Assembly (NCBI RefSeq): GCF_006345805.1
Contig: NC_043003.1
Coordinates: 68,014,001-68,078,000 of the forward strand
Length of the DNA stretch: 64,000 nt
Source of the DNA: Octopus sinensis
Taxonomy: Eukaryota
Reading direction: 5' to 3'
Part shown: in pieces, positions 11,554-25,499 of the stretch
Layout: every line of letters starts with the position of its first letter
Position numbering within the stretch: position 1 is the stretch's first letter
The notes under the pieces: generated by a model
What the model was told of the DNA's origin: nothing
Database searches by the model: none
What the model saw: only the letters and a program-made list of their open reading frames with translations
Position numbers and translations under genes: made by a program

Positions 11554-12500
11554 TTAACATTTAGTAGACATACACGTAGCATTTTTCAATGCAAGGATCC
11601 TATAAGGCATGCTACTGATCTGATGACGACTATTCTCTTGGGGCTTTTCCTGCCTAGTTTTAGGCAATAATCGCAAAATCTTTGGCTTTGAAGTTGCTTT
11701 CTTGTTCTGGCGACTGGCCTGGCCATGGAAGCTTTTTAATGCCATTCTTATCCAACAAATTTTGGTTCTTTGTATCCGTGTGAGAAGGAACCCCATCTTC
11801 CATAAATAAAAATGCCTTCTTTAATCATTCCAACAAAAGGAGAGGAATGGAAAGGAGTCCTTTCTGCAATGTGGACACGTATTTATCTGAGTTTATATTT
11901 CTCTCACAGTCCACTATCTCTGGCCAACCATTGCTCTAAATTGCTCCCCAGACCATCACAGAACAGCTGTCGTGTTACATCGTTGGCTGCAATATTTTCA
12001 CATCAAATTCTTGATCACGGAGTCGTCTCCAGATCTAAATCCAACCACTGTCGGGAAATGCAATAAATCTGGCCTCATCAGAGAATATGACAGTGTCGCA
12101 AGATGTTAGTGGTCTCTCCACCATCTCACTGGCCCAACCTTCTCTCCGCTTGATGTTGGCTGGCCGAAGAAGTGGCTTCCTTCTTGCTGTTCTGCCATAG
12201 TTTCCAAATTTGTGACAGCTGTTCTGGTACTGACATCAACATGTTCTCTTGTATGTCAGAGACCTTGCAACGAGTATTACCCTCCATACTTCTCTTAGCA
12301 AAGAGAAGGGTCCTGTGAGAGGACCTTGGTCAAACTGGGCGAGGTGATGTGGACTCCTACTCCTCTCTAGTGGATTGCACAATCACTCAATTAATTGTAG
12401 AAAGCGAGATCTCAAGGTTTGCTGCGATTTTGCGCTAAGTCCATCTTCAGAATGAACCACAGTACGACATATTTGACAGTTCCAAGGCTCCTTTTGTACT
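11554..12500 (-). pseudogene. Tc1-family transposase pseudogene
   Basis: RKIAANLEISLSTIN (HTH), TVIFSDEARF, SVMVWGAI, INSDKYVSTLQKGLL, FMEDGVPSH and KLPWPGQSP. The NPIE segment is deleted and there are several stops. Confidence 0.88.
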
Positions 12501-12679
12501 TGGCGTGATTAAACAGTCACATATAGAACCTGAAACATAAAAATGACAATTAATAAAAATATAAACCTTTAAAAGTTAGAATAAACATAAAACGATGTAT
12601 TATGGGGTGTCTATTTACTTCTGTCGTGTCTGTGTGCGAGTGTGTATATATATAAATATGTGTGTGCATGTGTAAATAC

Positions 12680-12835
12680 GGCGGGCTTCTTTCAGTTTCC
12701 CTCTACCAAATATACTCACAACGATTTGATCGACCCGAGGCTATAGTAGAAGACACTTGCCCAAGGTGTCACACAGTGGGACTGAACCCGGAACCATGTA
12801 GTTGGGAAACAATTTTCTTACCACACAGCCACCCC
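12680..12835 (-). mobile_element. SINE family B, 5' half
   Basis: Reverse complement of GGTGGCTGTGTGGTAAG...GGTTCCGGGTTCAGTCCCACTGTGTGACACCTTGGGCAAGTGTCTTCTACTATAGCC. Confidence 0.85.
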
Positions 12836-14099
12836 TGTGCCTATGTATTTAAATTCAATTATATTCTTGTGTATAGTTTATGGCATGGGCAAAAACACTT
12901 AAGCTTGGCATAAGAACTTCCGTCATGGATGCGATTTGTCGAATAAATGAACTCAGCAACACAATCCGGCACAAACTCAGTACGCTTCAACCGCTTCCAT
13001 CAGTTATTTATATTAGCTATGTGGTTTTGTAAATAATAATGAAGCACATCGTACCCTGAATGTTTCAATGTGTAATAGGGCGCCCATGGAAGGCTATTAA
13101 TCATTGCCTTTACAATTTCAACGATATCTACTTTACTAACTACTTAGAGACTTAGGAGAAAAAGCAGATTTAAAATCAATGGAAACATACCGTTATGACC
13201 CAGAATGATTTCTATCAAATATCTGGATTCCCAGAAGTAGTGTAATAATGTAGTATTTTTTCAATAGTACATATCAGAGACCGGTTTCAATATAATATGG
13301 AAGAAAATAATTCACGTGGCTTTTGGAAATAATTAGAAACATTAGCTTATGCTGCGATATCATGTACTTTTAAGAAAAAACTATAATTTCTAACTCCGTT
13401 CTGTAATATCACCATTGGGAAATTCTATCAGAACGTTTATATATAATACAAAAGAAAGTGAGATGATTTCAGCTGCCTCTGTAATATATCGTTAGATATG
13501 TGTCTGAGCATAGTCGCTTTACTTCGATGCCAGAACAATACGGAGAATATTTCTTCAAGCGAAAATTCTATATGTGTTCAGTTTGAAGCCATAAATATAT
13601 ATTTTATAAGTTGATAACATTCTCGAGTTGAGTGGCAAGTGTGAAAGGAAATTTCACATACATGTAAAATCAAACATATAAGTATTGTATGTTAAATCTC
13701 CTTGCAAGATTGCTCAAGAATTATTCCATACAATTTTAATGCTATCAGAAAAACATTTCTGGTAGGTATTCAGGTTGAACCTTGTTTCTAACTTCATATA
13801 TAATGTATCTAAATCAACTGCGAAGGAGGTGTGATACCTTAGATTTTCAGGCTCTCCACTACACATCATTTTAGTTCTTCCGACTTTACATTCGGGGTTC
13901 CAATTCTGCTGCGGTCTTTTTGTCTTGCATTCTTTTGGGTTCGAGAAAATAAGTACCAGTCAAGTATTGCGGTTGATGAAATTGTTGAATAAACTCCCCC
14001 ATAATTTCAAGCGCTGTTCATATAGTAAAACGGATACGTAATTTTAATCTTTGTCAACGTAAACATATTCCTTTCTACTCTATGCACAAGGCTTGTAAT

Positions 14100-14382
14100 T
14101 TGGTGGGAGGGGGCCAGTCGATTAGATCGACCACTGTATGTAACTGGTACTTAATTTATCGACCTCGAAAGGATGAAAGGCAAAGTGGACTTCGGCGGAA
14201 TTTGGACGCAAAAAGTAAAGACAGACGAAATACCTATTTCTTTACTGCCCACAAGGGGCTAACCACAGAGTACAAACAAGGACAGACAATCAGATTAAGT
14301 CGATTATATCGACCCCAGTGCGTAACTGGTATTTATTTAATCGACCCCGAAAGGATGAAAGGCAAAGTCGACCTCGGCAAGT
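14100..14382 (-). mobile_element. SINE family A, partial, about 1.5 internal units
   Basis: GTCGATT..ATCGACC and GAAAGGATGAAAGGCAAAGT each occur twice, about 190 bp apart. Confidence 0.85.
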
Positions 14383-14384
14383 CC

Positions 14385-14670
14385 TTGATCTCAATAGCTG
14401 CTCTGCATGACTGTGACTCTGAATTGGATGATTACGCTGTTCTAGTACCTGGACGCATCTGAATATATCTGTTTCACAACACTAGAACACACTTGGCTAG
14501 GAAACTATATCGCAGTATTGATGATCTCATATCTGCTGTTGATGATTTTCTTCAGCAACAGGATAATACTGACGGAAGAACTGAATGGACACCCATGTGG
14601 GAATATGTCGGAAAACGAACCTCGTCTGGTCACATTCCATGTGAGTATCTTGGTCAGCTTATTAAGCTCA
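14385..14670 (+). mobile_element. mariner transposase 3' fragment
   Basis: ALHDCDSELDD...YLFHNTRTHLARKLYRSIDDLISAVDDFLQQQD...WEYV resembles the mariner C-terminus (YHLFPNMKKHLAGK.Y.S..E.ISAV.DFF). Confidence 0.65.
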
Positions 14671-14671
14671 T

Positions 14672-14725
<54 letters not shown>

Positions 14726-17373
14726 TGTGTGTGTATGTGTGTGTGTGCGTGTGTGTGTTTGTGTTTGTGTGTGTGTGCGCGCGTGTGTATGTATAAGGAG
14801 CTTCGTCACAAATCTCGCGTCCGACAGTTAGAAGGCAATAGTGAATTTGAGGATATTGCTGGGGAAATTTGTGTTATTCAGAACCAAACTCGCTCATAAA
14901 ACTGAATAAGTTAATTATATCATTTAATATAAAAGTTAGTATATTTTAAGTTAAAATTTAAACATTGTTTTCTCACTCGAGGATTTAATACAAATGAAAT
15001 TCTGTTTCCTCTGTAAGAATGCCTTTCACATTTAACATTCTTTTCATAATTGCTAAGATAATAGAAATTAATAGAAAATAAATCACCACTCCTTTTATCA
15101 GTAATTATGTTCTTATAACAGGTGATATAATTCCATGCATTGTATAGAGATAATATTGTACACTATAGGTATTTGAGAGATGAATATTTAAAGATATTTT
15201 TCAGGATTTAAGGATATATATGTTACTCAGAAGAGCACTTATGCTAAGTGATTTACCACGTTCAATTTTCCAATCTCACATGACTTAACCAAAATAATCA
15301 GGAATATGTGAAGCTTTTCATTATAATAGCTATATCTTTAGAGAGGTAATTTTGAACATACATGTTTGAAATTACACAACACAACACAGAGTTAACGTTT
15401 ATTATCCTTATTATGGGAGGCATGAATAATCTTATCATTGCATAGTAGCGATAAGCTCTTCTTTTATGGTAAGTTCTTTCTACTTTCATGTCTACTGACA
15501 AATTCAGTAGATTTTTCATACAAGCCACAATCAAACCTAAAGAGCTTTATATGCACAACGTTCAATTTCTGTTGATATTGTCCATCTGAATGCATATATT
15601 TATGATTTGTACAACATGGAAATTTTGTCATTTGTACAATCGTGTTTAATAATGCTTCTGCTTTAGGACTTGTTGGTCGAAATCTGGATTCTCTCGATAC
15701 TTTTTAACATTTCAGTTATAGAGGTTTTATTCTGTAGATCTAAACCCGCATCTTTCTTTTCTTAGTCGCTACGATATTTCACTTATGTTCCACCATATTG
15801 CTAAAACTGTATATTACTGCCCTCCCCCTCTTGAAGCTCATTATTGACAGCTACGGAAATTCAAGTGTTTTTTATTCTTTTTCTCTTCCAATGAATTCAT
15901 AAGTTCTTTCTGTTCTTCACTCTTTCTCTAGTTACGAGTTGAAATTACCCCCTCTTTTCAATTTTTATTCTGGTAAAAGTTAACATTTCTCTTCTCTTTT
16001 TGCACCACAGAGTTGAATCTATGTTTTACTATTGAACGCACTTTCATGCTCCTGATGGAAGACTTGGCCATTCTCACGTGTTGTTTTCCTTAGTTTCTCA
16101 TTGTCCGTCTATCTTTGTCTCTCTCTTTCCCCCTCTCTCTCTCTCTCTCTTCCATTCTTATTTTTCTCTCTTCTCCATCTTTTCTTTTATTCTCCCTTTC
16201 TCTTGTTATCTGCCTGGACAGGATAAAAGACTGACAGTTGCCTTCAACGTTTTTATGAACAAGACAATTTTGAAGCAAATCCGAGTCCTATAAATCAAAG
16301 CATTCCATTTGATATGTCTGCAACCGGGTGCGAAGATGAATTGTTTCCTACGATGAAGTTTGATCCTCTGCGACCTATTTACCTAATTCTAGTAAGGACC
16401 ATGAAAAAGGAGTTTTGGCAATTTTCCATCTCCTTTCGTGAAGAGGCACAACATCCAACACTTGGAGGATAATGGAAACCGATTTGCTCAATAAAATGCT
16501 TGTTACACAGCAAGAATAAGTTTAAGGCAGTTTTAGACTAAGTCAATTTGATCCATTTCCAAAAATAGCAATCCTCTATTAGTTACCGCTTTTTTGTGCT
16601 GAGATCAAAAACAAATGGAGAAATACAAAACCCCATATTTAAGTAAAATCTGACGTATGTTTTGAGCGTGTCACAGTAAAAAAAACTATGTTGCGCATTC
16701 TATCCAAAAGTCATGCTTTTTCCAATGGTTTATTGTGAATATAGCTTGAGGGTCAGTTCCCCTTCAAACCTTCTAATTGTCAATACCGAAGTTTGCAGTT
16801 CCTATATAAGTAAGACTTATACTTTCCTTTCTAGGGAATGATACTTGTGGAATACAAAACAGAAAGAACATTCAATATCCAAAACCAATTGTGTTTGGTG
16901 ATTTATGCTACGATTTCAAACAGTGCCAGCCAAATATTTTTACACCTTTAGTATCATGACTCAGTTAATCAAAAAACCTGATGCCATCTCTTTAAAACAT
17001 CCACTCCAGTTCCAGCATTTGAAAGTCTGTATTTCTTCTGAATACTCTGGGTTCCATTAACATAATGAATTTCTATCTACGAGTAAACAATAACTTCAAA
17101 TAAAATTAAATTATTTTCAGGTGTACTTAAACTTTGGACTTCTTAGTTAATGTTTCAATTCATTTATTATAATTGTGTGCTTCTCATTAAATAAAATAGT
17201 GGAATGAAATTGAAGACGTATCTTTAGCACGGTGTATAACTATCATACTACTACACACAAATTCGGAAACAATTTCATTTCCTAGAACAGTTTTCAAATA
17301 TAAAATCATATTCTATTAAATCAAATGTATCTTCATTACAAATAATTGTGGACCGTTTTAACGCCAGTTATTT

Positions 17374-18105
17374 TATTCTATTCTACTCTGATTTCAAGGC
17401 CCGAAGTTTTGGGGAGCATGAGGCCAGTCGATTAGATCGACCCCAGTACGCAACTGGTACTTAATTCATCGACCCTGAAAGGCAAAGTGGACCTCGGCGG
17501 AATTTGAACGTAGAAGTTAAAGACAGACGAAATTCCGCTAAGCATTTCGCCCGGCGTGCTAACGTTTCTTATTTCTTTATTGCCCACAAGGGGCTAAACA
17601 TACAGGGGACTAACAAGGACAGACAAAGGGGTTAAGTCGATTACATCGAACCCAGTACTCAGAACGTAGCGGCAGACGAAATACCTATTTCTATTTATTT
17701 ACTGCCCAAAAGGGTCTACACACAGAGGGGACAAATAAGGACAGACAAACGGATGAAGTCGATTACATCGACCCCAGTGCGTAACTGGTACTTATTTAAT
17801 CGACCCCGAAAGGATGAAAAGCAAAGTTGGCCTCGGCGGAATTTGAACTCAGAACGTAGCAGCAGACGAAATACCTATTTCTTTACTACCCACAAGGGGC
17901 TAAACACAGAGAGGACAAACAAGGACAGACAAACGGATTAAGTCGATTATATCGACCCCAGTGCGTAAGTGGTACTTAACTTATCGACCCCGAAAGGATG
18001 AAAGGCAAAATCGACCTCGGCGGAATTTGAACTCAGAACGTAACTGCAGACGAAATACAGCTGCGCATTTCGCCCGGATTGCTAACGTTTCTGCTACCTC
18101 GCCGC
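17374..18105 (-). mobile_element. SINE family A, multi-unit copy (about 4 units, one internally deleted)
   Basis: Perfect 17-bp TSD TTTAACGCCAGTTATTT at 17357-17373 and 18106-18122. ~183-bp periodicity (GTCGATT at about 17759 and 17942). tRNA-like head at the right end. Confidence 0.93.
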
Positions 18106-18179
18106 TTTAACGCCAGTTATTTCATTGCTACTTAAACTACTACAGTTGTAAGAGGGTATGTTTAATATTAAGGAATAGT

Positions 18180-18400
18180 TGTCAGGTGGTAACGTGGTAG
18201 AGCCATTAGCACACTGGATAAAATGCTTAGCTGAATGTCATCCGTGTTAACCTGATTTCAAATTCCACCCAAGTCAACTTTGCCTTTCATCCTTTCGGTG
18301 ACGATAAAATAAATACCAATTGAGAAGTGGGGTTAATGCAATCGACTTAATCTCTCTCAAGAAATACCTGGCATTGTGTTTAAATTTGAAACCAATATTA
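18180..18400 (+). mobile_element. SINE family A, old degraded copy
   Basis: TTTCAAATTCC...GTCAACTTTGCCTTTCATCCTTTCGG...AAATTTGAAACCAATATT. Confidence 0.7.
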
Positions 18401-20189
18401 AGGAATATTTGCATTTACTTACGAAAAAAACTCTGTTCGTTCAGTATTATATTTACCGGAAGACCTAGGTTGTGAACCCAAGTGCAATATTATATTTGGA
18501 GTGGTTGGTGGCAATTTCCCCCAGTTGCGTGTTTTTCAATCTAACACTGTGTGTGTGTGTGTGTGTTTTCTAATATTCATGCATGTACATCTTTCCTATA
18601 ACAATTTTCCCTCTAAGTTTCTAGCTGTTAAATAAAATTGACTCTTTAGGAAGCGTATTATACAAACTCGGTATAATACTATATTAAGGTTTTTTCTTCA
18701 TTTTTTCAGTTTTCTTTTCAAGTGTCTTTATCCGCTCTGAAGTAAGGAGCAAATTATTATCTGAGACGAAACTGTGGCATTAAGGATGATGTAAATTTAT
18801 TGGTGAAATTAATAAATACAATTAATTTAATGTTATAACCGTTTAAGCACATCACTTAACATTTCAAGTACCTCACGAGGATATAATAAGGCACAAATTA
18901 TTTAATTGAAATGTTACTCCAGTTTTTATTACATGAACGATTCACTATTATTCGATTTGTCGTTATTGCACTTTGTAATACAATGAAAGATCGCTCAATG
19001 TGTCTGTTTTAATTCGTAGCAAATTATTTCAGTTTGACATCCGGTTAATAAATTATATTCCTACGAATTAAATTAAGTGATTGACCTTTTATACTGATAC
19101 ATTTGAATCTACTTTCAAAACTAATTTCAGCAATATGCACGTCAATACACTTAAATTGCCTCATAGGAATTTCTGCAATAGGATTATGATTATCAATAAA
19201 ATCTGATCAGCATGTGCAGTTCTATAAAGTGCTTTGATGAAAGCAAAACTAGCAATGGGTCTCTTAAATCAAACGTGAAGTTTTGAAAAAATATGTAAAT
19301 GTTACTATACGTTTCTTAAGAAATAATATTAATGTATTGATTATCAATATTATATAGCAATAAGGGATTTTAAATTAGATATTACCCCGAGTGCATTGAG
19401 ATCGATGAGCGATTATGGTAACCGTAAGTGCTACATACCGCGTTTTCAAGCAGTATATTTTATAGCCATCTGGCATAATCCATTCAGAGATATCACAGCG
19501 TGAAACGTGATTGATGCTTAGGATTTCCCACTCATTAAACATATCAAGAAAACATTATAGCAACGAAGCCTTCTACCTAAATATTAAGAGTCTATAACTG
19601 CAGCCCGCAGCGATCGCTTCCACCACTGGAAACAAACTATCGATTAAGTCCTGGCATTGTGAACACACATTCTTAACAAAACAAAAACTGGTTTACAATG
19701 ACTAGCTTTCTGCAAAAGCCAGGAGATATTGCCACCTAGGTCTTTTGTTTACGTTATTTGCGATTTTGCATGAACAAGATTGTATCTGTGCTCGTACAAA
19801 ACTCCGACGATATATAATAGTGTTTTGTTTGTAAGCGTTTTTCTTATCAGGTATGAATGTATGAATGCTTCGTGATTGTAAATGTACGGAATATTATTAT
19901 AGATTCATCTGTACATACATATGAGATAACATTTTAATATTGTTTGAAAATTTGAAATAAGACTGCCATGTTTTTCTCTTCTTTTTTCTTTTTCATGGCG
20001 GGTAGTTATTTGATTATAAGGACTCACTCACTTCCCTGGAACTAAATTTTTACCGAATCGGTGGGAATGAAATGCAAAGTTAATTGCGAGCGTATTTGAT
20101 CTAAAAAGTGAGAGGAGCTAGAAAAAAAACCTCTGGGCAATAATCTGGGTACACTAACGATTCAACAAGTAGATTATCATGATATCACT

Positions 20190-20745
20190 CTAATATTGGT
20201 TTCAAAATTCAGCAAAAGGCTAGTAGGTTTGATAGAGGGTCTAAGTCGATTAAATCGCCCCCAGTGTTCAACTGGTTCTAATTTCATCGATGCCTGAATG
20301 ATAAAAGGCAAAATGGACTACGGTAAAATATGAACTCACAATTTATTGGTGGACGAAATGCTGACTACTAATATTGGTTTCAAAGTTTGGTACAGTGACA
20401 GCAATTTCAAGGGTGAGAGTAAGTCGATTAGATCGACTCCAGTACTAAACTGCTTTTTATGTTATCGACCCCGTAAAGATAAACGGCAAATTCTGCCAGC
20501 TTAATAGTTTAAAAACCAATTTCAACAACGCAATTAAAGCACGTGCTGGCAGAATTCTTAGCAACGTTTGGTCCGTCTTAACATTCCGGGGTTAATCTAA
20601 CGCCCAGGTAGATCTAGCCTTTTATCTATTCAGCGTCGGTAAAATAAGTACCAGTTGAGCACTAACTGGGTGGGGTAGATGTAATCAACTTACTCCATCC
20701 CTGAAATTTCAGACCGTGTGCCAAAATCCGAAACCCGTATTAAGA
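20190..20745. mobile_element. Cluster of three degraded family A SINE fragments (two minus, one plus)
   Basis: Repeated AATATTGGTTTCAAA...GTCGATT...ATCGA motifs and a forward copy starting GCTGGCAGAATTCTTAGCA. Confidence 0.7.
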
Positions 20746-21172
20746 ATTATTAATTAGAAACGAGCATACGTTCCAAACAGATATATACAGACTTATATAT
20801 ATTTATATATATATATACACGAAGGGCTTCTTGAAATAAATCAATATAAAGTTCCTGATAATACAGTATCAAAACACACAAGTATATGAACAGATAAATA
20901 TTTAATATTTAAAGATTCACAAATATTTAAATATATTTTTTTAAATATTTAAAAAATACGTTGGCATTATAGATATATAAATACATAAATAGATATACAA
21001 ATAGATATAAAAATATATATAAAACGTCGGTATGATATAAGATAAAATTCGTAGATATTTGAAGATATTCAAAAATACTCATGTATATAAATACACAGAT
21101 AAAATATAATACAACAACATAATATGAGACTTATTAAATTAATAATTCACACGATAATTATTTATTCGCACG

Positions 21173-21410
21173 AAGGTAATAAAGATTCAGTAGTTACTAC
21201 ACAGAGTCCGGTGGAAATTTTGAAATTATTCATCAACATGACATACTAATACGCAAACATAATGTTCCATCGACGAGCCGTTTCGGAGACGTGCCCGATC
21301 GGCCCGTCGATGGAACATTATCTTTGTGTAGTAGTATGTCATGTTAATATTGTATAATTTCAAATTTCCCATCGGACTCTGTGTAGTAACTAGTGATTCT
21401 TTATTATCTT
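21173..21410. mobile_element. Foldback/MITE-like element with ~105-bp imperfect inverted arms and a ~20-bp spacer
   Basis: Left arm AAGGTAATAAAGATTCAGTAGTTACTACACAGAGTCCGGTGG...ATAATGTTCCATCGACGAGCCG pairs with right arm CGGCCCGTCGATGGAACATTAT...CCCATCGGACTCTGTGTAGTAACTAGTGATTCTTTATTATCTT. Confidence 0.85.
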
Positions 21411-21424
21411 GTATCTTATTGTGC

Positions 21425-21620
21425 GAATCGTTAGCATGCCGAGCGAAATGTTTATCGGTATTCCATCTTTCTTTGTGTTCTGAGTCCACCGAGGTCGAAT
21501 TTTCCTTTCACCCTTTCAGGGTCGATAAATTAAGTACCAGAGGCATACTGGGGTGGATCCAATGGACTGGCCCCACTACCCCAAAATGTCGGACCTTGTG
21601 CCTAGATTAAAAAAGGATAG
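21425..21620 (+). mobile_element. SINE family A, single-unit copy
   Basis: CGTTAGCATGCCGAGCGAAATG...GGTCGATAAATTAAGTACCAG...CCTTGTGCCTAGATT. Confidence 0.8.
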
Positions 21621-22989
21621 GCATTTCTTCACTAGGATGCCTTCAACAATAATGATGGCATCAATTCCAAATTTGTCAGAATATTAAACCGGAAAGAAAC
21701 ATGAGGAACCTTGATGCTTACAACCACAGAGTCTTGGATACAGTAAAAGCCACAGCAATGATGGTACTGTATAAAGGAACAACGAAGTTGTTGTTGGATG
21801 ATGATGGTGATGATGAAGAGGGGGAGGTGGAAGAAGGAGAGGAGAGGAGGTGGAAGAGCATAGAAGAGGAGGTGAGGGAGGAGAGGAGAGGAGGTGGAAA
21901 CGAGGAGTATCACAACGAGAATGATATCGATGATAAGGAGAAGGAGGAAGATAATAATGAGAACCTGCTTGGAGGATGATGAAAAGAATGAGGAGATAGT
22001 GAATGCGATGATGGTATATTTCACGTTCATATTCCATTTTCGAAAATGCCTACACACACAGTTTCCGATGCAACTAATAATATTTTCAGAGAAATAAGTA
22101 AAAGTTCTGACATCTCAAAAAACTGAATTTGAATTTCTTCCTGACAACTAGATGTCCACATGCCAAGATTTGAATTGCCCTCTGTGTCCGTCGCAAGAGA
22201 CCTATATAAGAGTGTTATGCCTGCTAAAAGCAATAACTAAATTTCCCTCAGATCACCGCCATCTAAAAAGGGTGGTTGTTCGATCGACTTGTGAAAAATA
22301 GCAGAGAAATATCCCTCAAATCATTGCTGGGTGTGAAGTCACTAGAAGCTAAACAACAAAATTAATGAGAATAGGAATCTACTATTGTCTGGTGATAACA
22401 GTGAGATGCGATTGTCGTGGTGGTGATAGAGGTGTTGCTCCCGACTGTAACGTTAGCAGCAATACCACCATCACCCCTTCCACTACGACCACCAGAACAA
22501 GGTGATGGCTTTAGTGGGTGTGTTAGTGTTGGTGGTGGCAGTAGCGGTGATTAGACTGTGTTCATGTTATAGTATTTTCGTTGTTATTATCTTTGAGGTA
22601 ATGGTAGCAGCACTTGTGTTAAAGGTTTGAAATGATATGCAATACCACTACACCTACCACCACCACCACCACCGCTACACCATCACTACACCCACAACTT
22701 ATTTGTAGTAGTAAAAGCGGTAGTGGTTTAGACACTCGGTTTTGCTATTTGGTGTTTAGGTCAGCCCTCACTCAGCATTGTTTTGAGTTGCAATTTTTAA
22801 AATGCCGACAAAACATTTTTTCTTGTAAATGATACATATATTTGTAACACGTCGAGCTAACACATAGAGACCTCCATCTTTCGTTCATGCAAGCCAACTG
22901 ATATTAAGCAAAGCGTTATATACTAAAGATATGCAAATTCGTAGCTCTGCTTCTGTGAAGCTACTAAGAGACGGTGCTGAAAATTCGAT

Positions 22990-23185
22990 TAAGGTTTTTC
23001 TTGTTTCTTTCATTTGTTTCAGTCATGCTGGAGTACCGCTTTCAGTCGAGCAACTCGACCACAGGACTTAACTTATTCTTTGTAAGCCTAGTACTTATTC
23101 TATCGGTCCCTTTTGCCGAACCGCTAAGGTACGGGGACGTAAACACACCAGCATCGGTTGTCAAGCGATATTGGCGAGACACACA
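22990..23185 (-). mobile_element. SINE family B, 3' half
   Basis: Reverse complement of GCTTGACAACCGATGCTGGTGTGTTTACGTCCCCGTA...CTCCAGCATGACTG. Confidence 0.85.
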
Positions 23186-25139
23186 CAGACACACAAACAT
23201 CGTCTAACTACATGAAGTCAAAACAATTTCAGCATTTAAATGTTCTAAATTTGCAATAATTTATTTTCCATGATATGCTCAGCGTTTTCGTTATCAACAC
23301 AAAAGTTGTACAAGAGAATGTTACTTAGCGTGAATAATCCATCCACACGTACGTACCTACTTAGCTAATTACCAAACTACTTCCACACATACAGAGATAT
23401 GCGTCTTTATCCTTTTTCTGTATATTTGTTATAATTCAAGAATATATGACATATAAATTTTCCTCCACTGAGTTAGCATTTTTTAAAATAAAGAACTGGA
23501 TATTATCTGTCATTTACCTTTGTTTTTATAACTAATAATTTTGAAACAAGTTTCATAATTAGTACATTCGGGTCCTAAATTTGCTATATAATGATTTATT
23601 TAGAGTCAATAGAAGTCTATGCAGCCAAATCTTTTATATTTTAATAGATTGAACAGTTTAATTGAAAAAAATATTTTGAAATCAAAAGAGCTAACCTCGA
23701 CATATTCATCGCTGTTATTGATAAACTTGCAACATTTCATTTATTCAGATCTAAAGCAGACTTTAAAAAAAAATAGTCAGCTATATTTCTTATGCTTTGA
23801 CACTTTTAAAATCAATTCTGTTTTGTATTTACATCATTAATTTTATGAAATATATAAATAAAAAATTTTCTTCGAATTAATTTATATTTTGACATCGCCA
23901 ACTTTACTTCTGAAATTATAATTATTTGATATTGTGCAAGTAATATATATAATAAAAGTGTTGTTGACGATGAGGCGGATGAGAAAGAATATGCTGATTA
24001 CATTGGCAGAAGTGATGAAGGGAAATAAGACGTTACAACTTTAGCGCATAAATTGCTTAAACAACTTCATGGTACTTTAATCAAGAAAATATGAAGAAAA
24101 ACGCATTAGTAACTTCGTTTTATCTTGCACTATGATTAAAAGAATTACTTAACTGGAAAGCAGATGTATCAGGTTGAACGCAATTGGTTACGTAGCCAGT
24201 CAAAATAAAGTTATAGGTTCAACAATGCATTTCAAGTTGAAAAAAGTCTACTGAATCGTATTTCAGAAATTTTACAAGTTATAACAAAAGAAAAAAAAAA
24301 TCATGAACATATTTTTCCTTTAACGCCATGATCATCACTATCATCATCATCATCATCATGATCACCACCTATCCGTATTAAATGGCCAGTTCAATTCAGC
24401 TGATAGGAATCCAGCGTTATATGAAATGATAAGATTTCTGCTTTTTCTAAAACCTCTCTATTTGGTGTACACAATTTCCAGCTAACTCTGTGAGAATTTA
24501 ATGAAGACCTTTTTAGTGAAAGTTGAGTATTTATGCGGCTAAAATAGTATGTTTCCGCCAAATAAAAAAGTAGATTAGTACAAATGCACGATAAACCCAA
24601 GTGTTTGTGCAGACCTTAATAAGGAGTTAATAAGTATTCCTAAGATAATCAAAAGTGTTTGTTGCTTTTTAAATGCGAAATGCTATTTCTGTGACCAGAC
24701 ATTCTCTTGAGTAAACATTCATGTCAGTTAACCAAGCCGCAGAGTTATATAAAGGAACCAACAACAGCTAAAATTTTATCTTTCACATGTACTTGAAGAA
24801 TAATAGCAGTCTGCCCTAGTTGATGCATTACTATAGGTTTCTTAAAATGAAATATTAAGCCAAAGATTAGAAAGATGCCAGGTCGCTCCGAGTTAGACTC
24901 ACAACATATGGCCCAATACAATTTATGTCACAGTCACATGGTCCACTACTAAAGAGACAACCCCAACAAAGGGGTGATTTTTTTAAGCACCCCACCGGAC
25001 GAATAACAGGACCTCATGAAAGTAGTCATGAGAATCAACGGCCTTCCACTGCTGTTTACAAATGTATACATTATGTGCGTAAGCCTGTGTGAGTGTGTGT
25101 GTGCGTGTATGAAATATACATGCAAATACACAAACGCGC

Positions 25140-25183
25140 ATATATATATATATACATAAACATATACATATACATATATATAT

Positions 25184-25257
<74 letters not shown>

Positions 25258-25448
25258 ATATGTATGTATGTGTATGTATATATGTATATGTATATGTATA
25301 TATTTATATGTATATATGGTACAAAACTGAGTATTACCATTTGGTTGATAATTGATAAAGAATTACAATTAGGGCCCCTCAGTGCTTGTTTCCCGTCCGG
25401 TTGTAAACCTATGTTTTTCATCTGTCGTTGCTTATTTACTATGTATTC

Positions 25449-25490
<42 letters not shown>
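25140..25490. repeat. Interrupted (TA)n microsatellite tracts
   Basis: Direct reading of the sequence. Confidence 0.95.
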
Positions 25491-25495
<5 letters not shown>

Positions 25496-25499
25496 CTGT

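Noticed and set aside
15300-17080. Possible decayed coding sequence (a stop-free ~80-codon plus frame near 16230-16475; a YIGTANF motif on minus)
   Set aside because: I recognised no family motif set or splice signals, and it is compatible with chance in AT-rich DNA.
17395-18105. CRISPR-like repeat/spacer array
   Set aside because: The whole ~183-bp unit is repeated, with no unique spacers. The context is eukaryotic, there are no cas genes, and the array is a TSD-bounded SINE.
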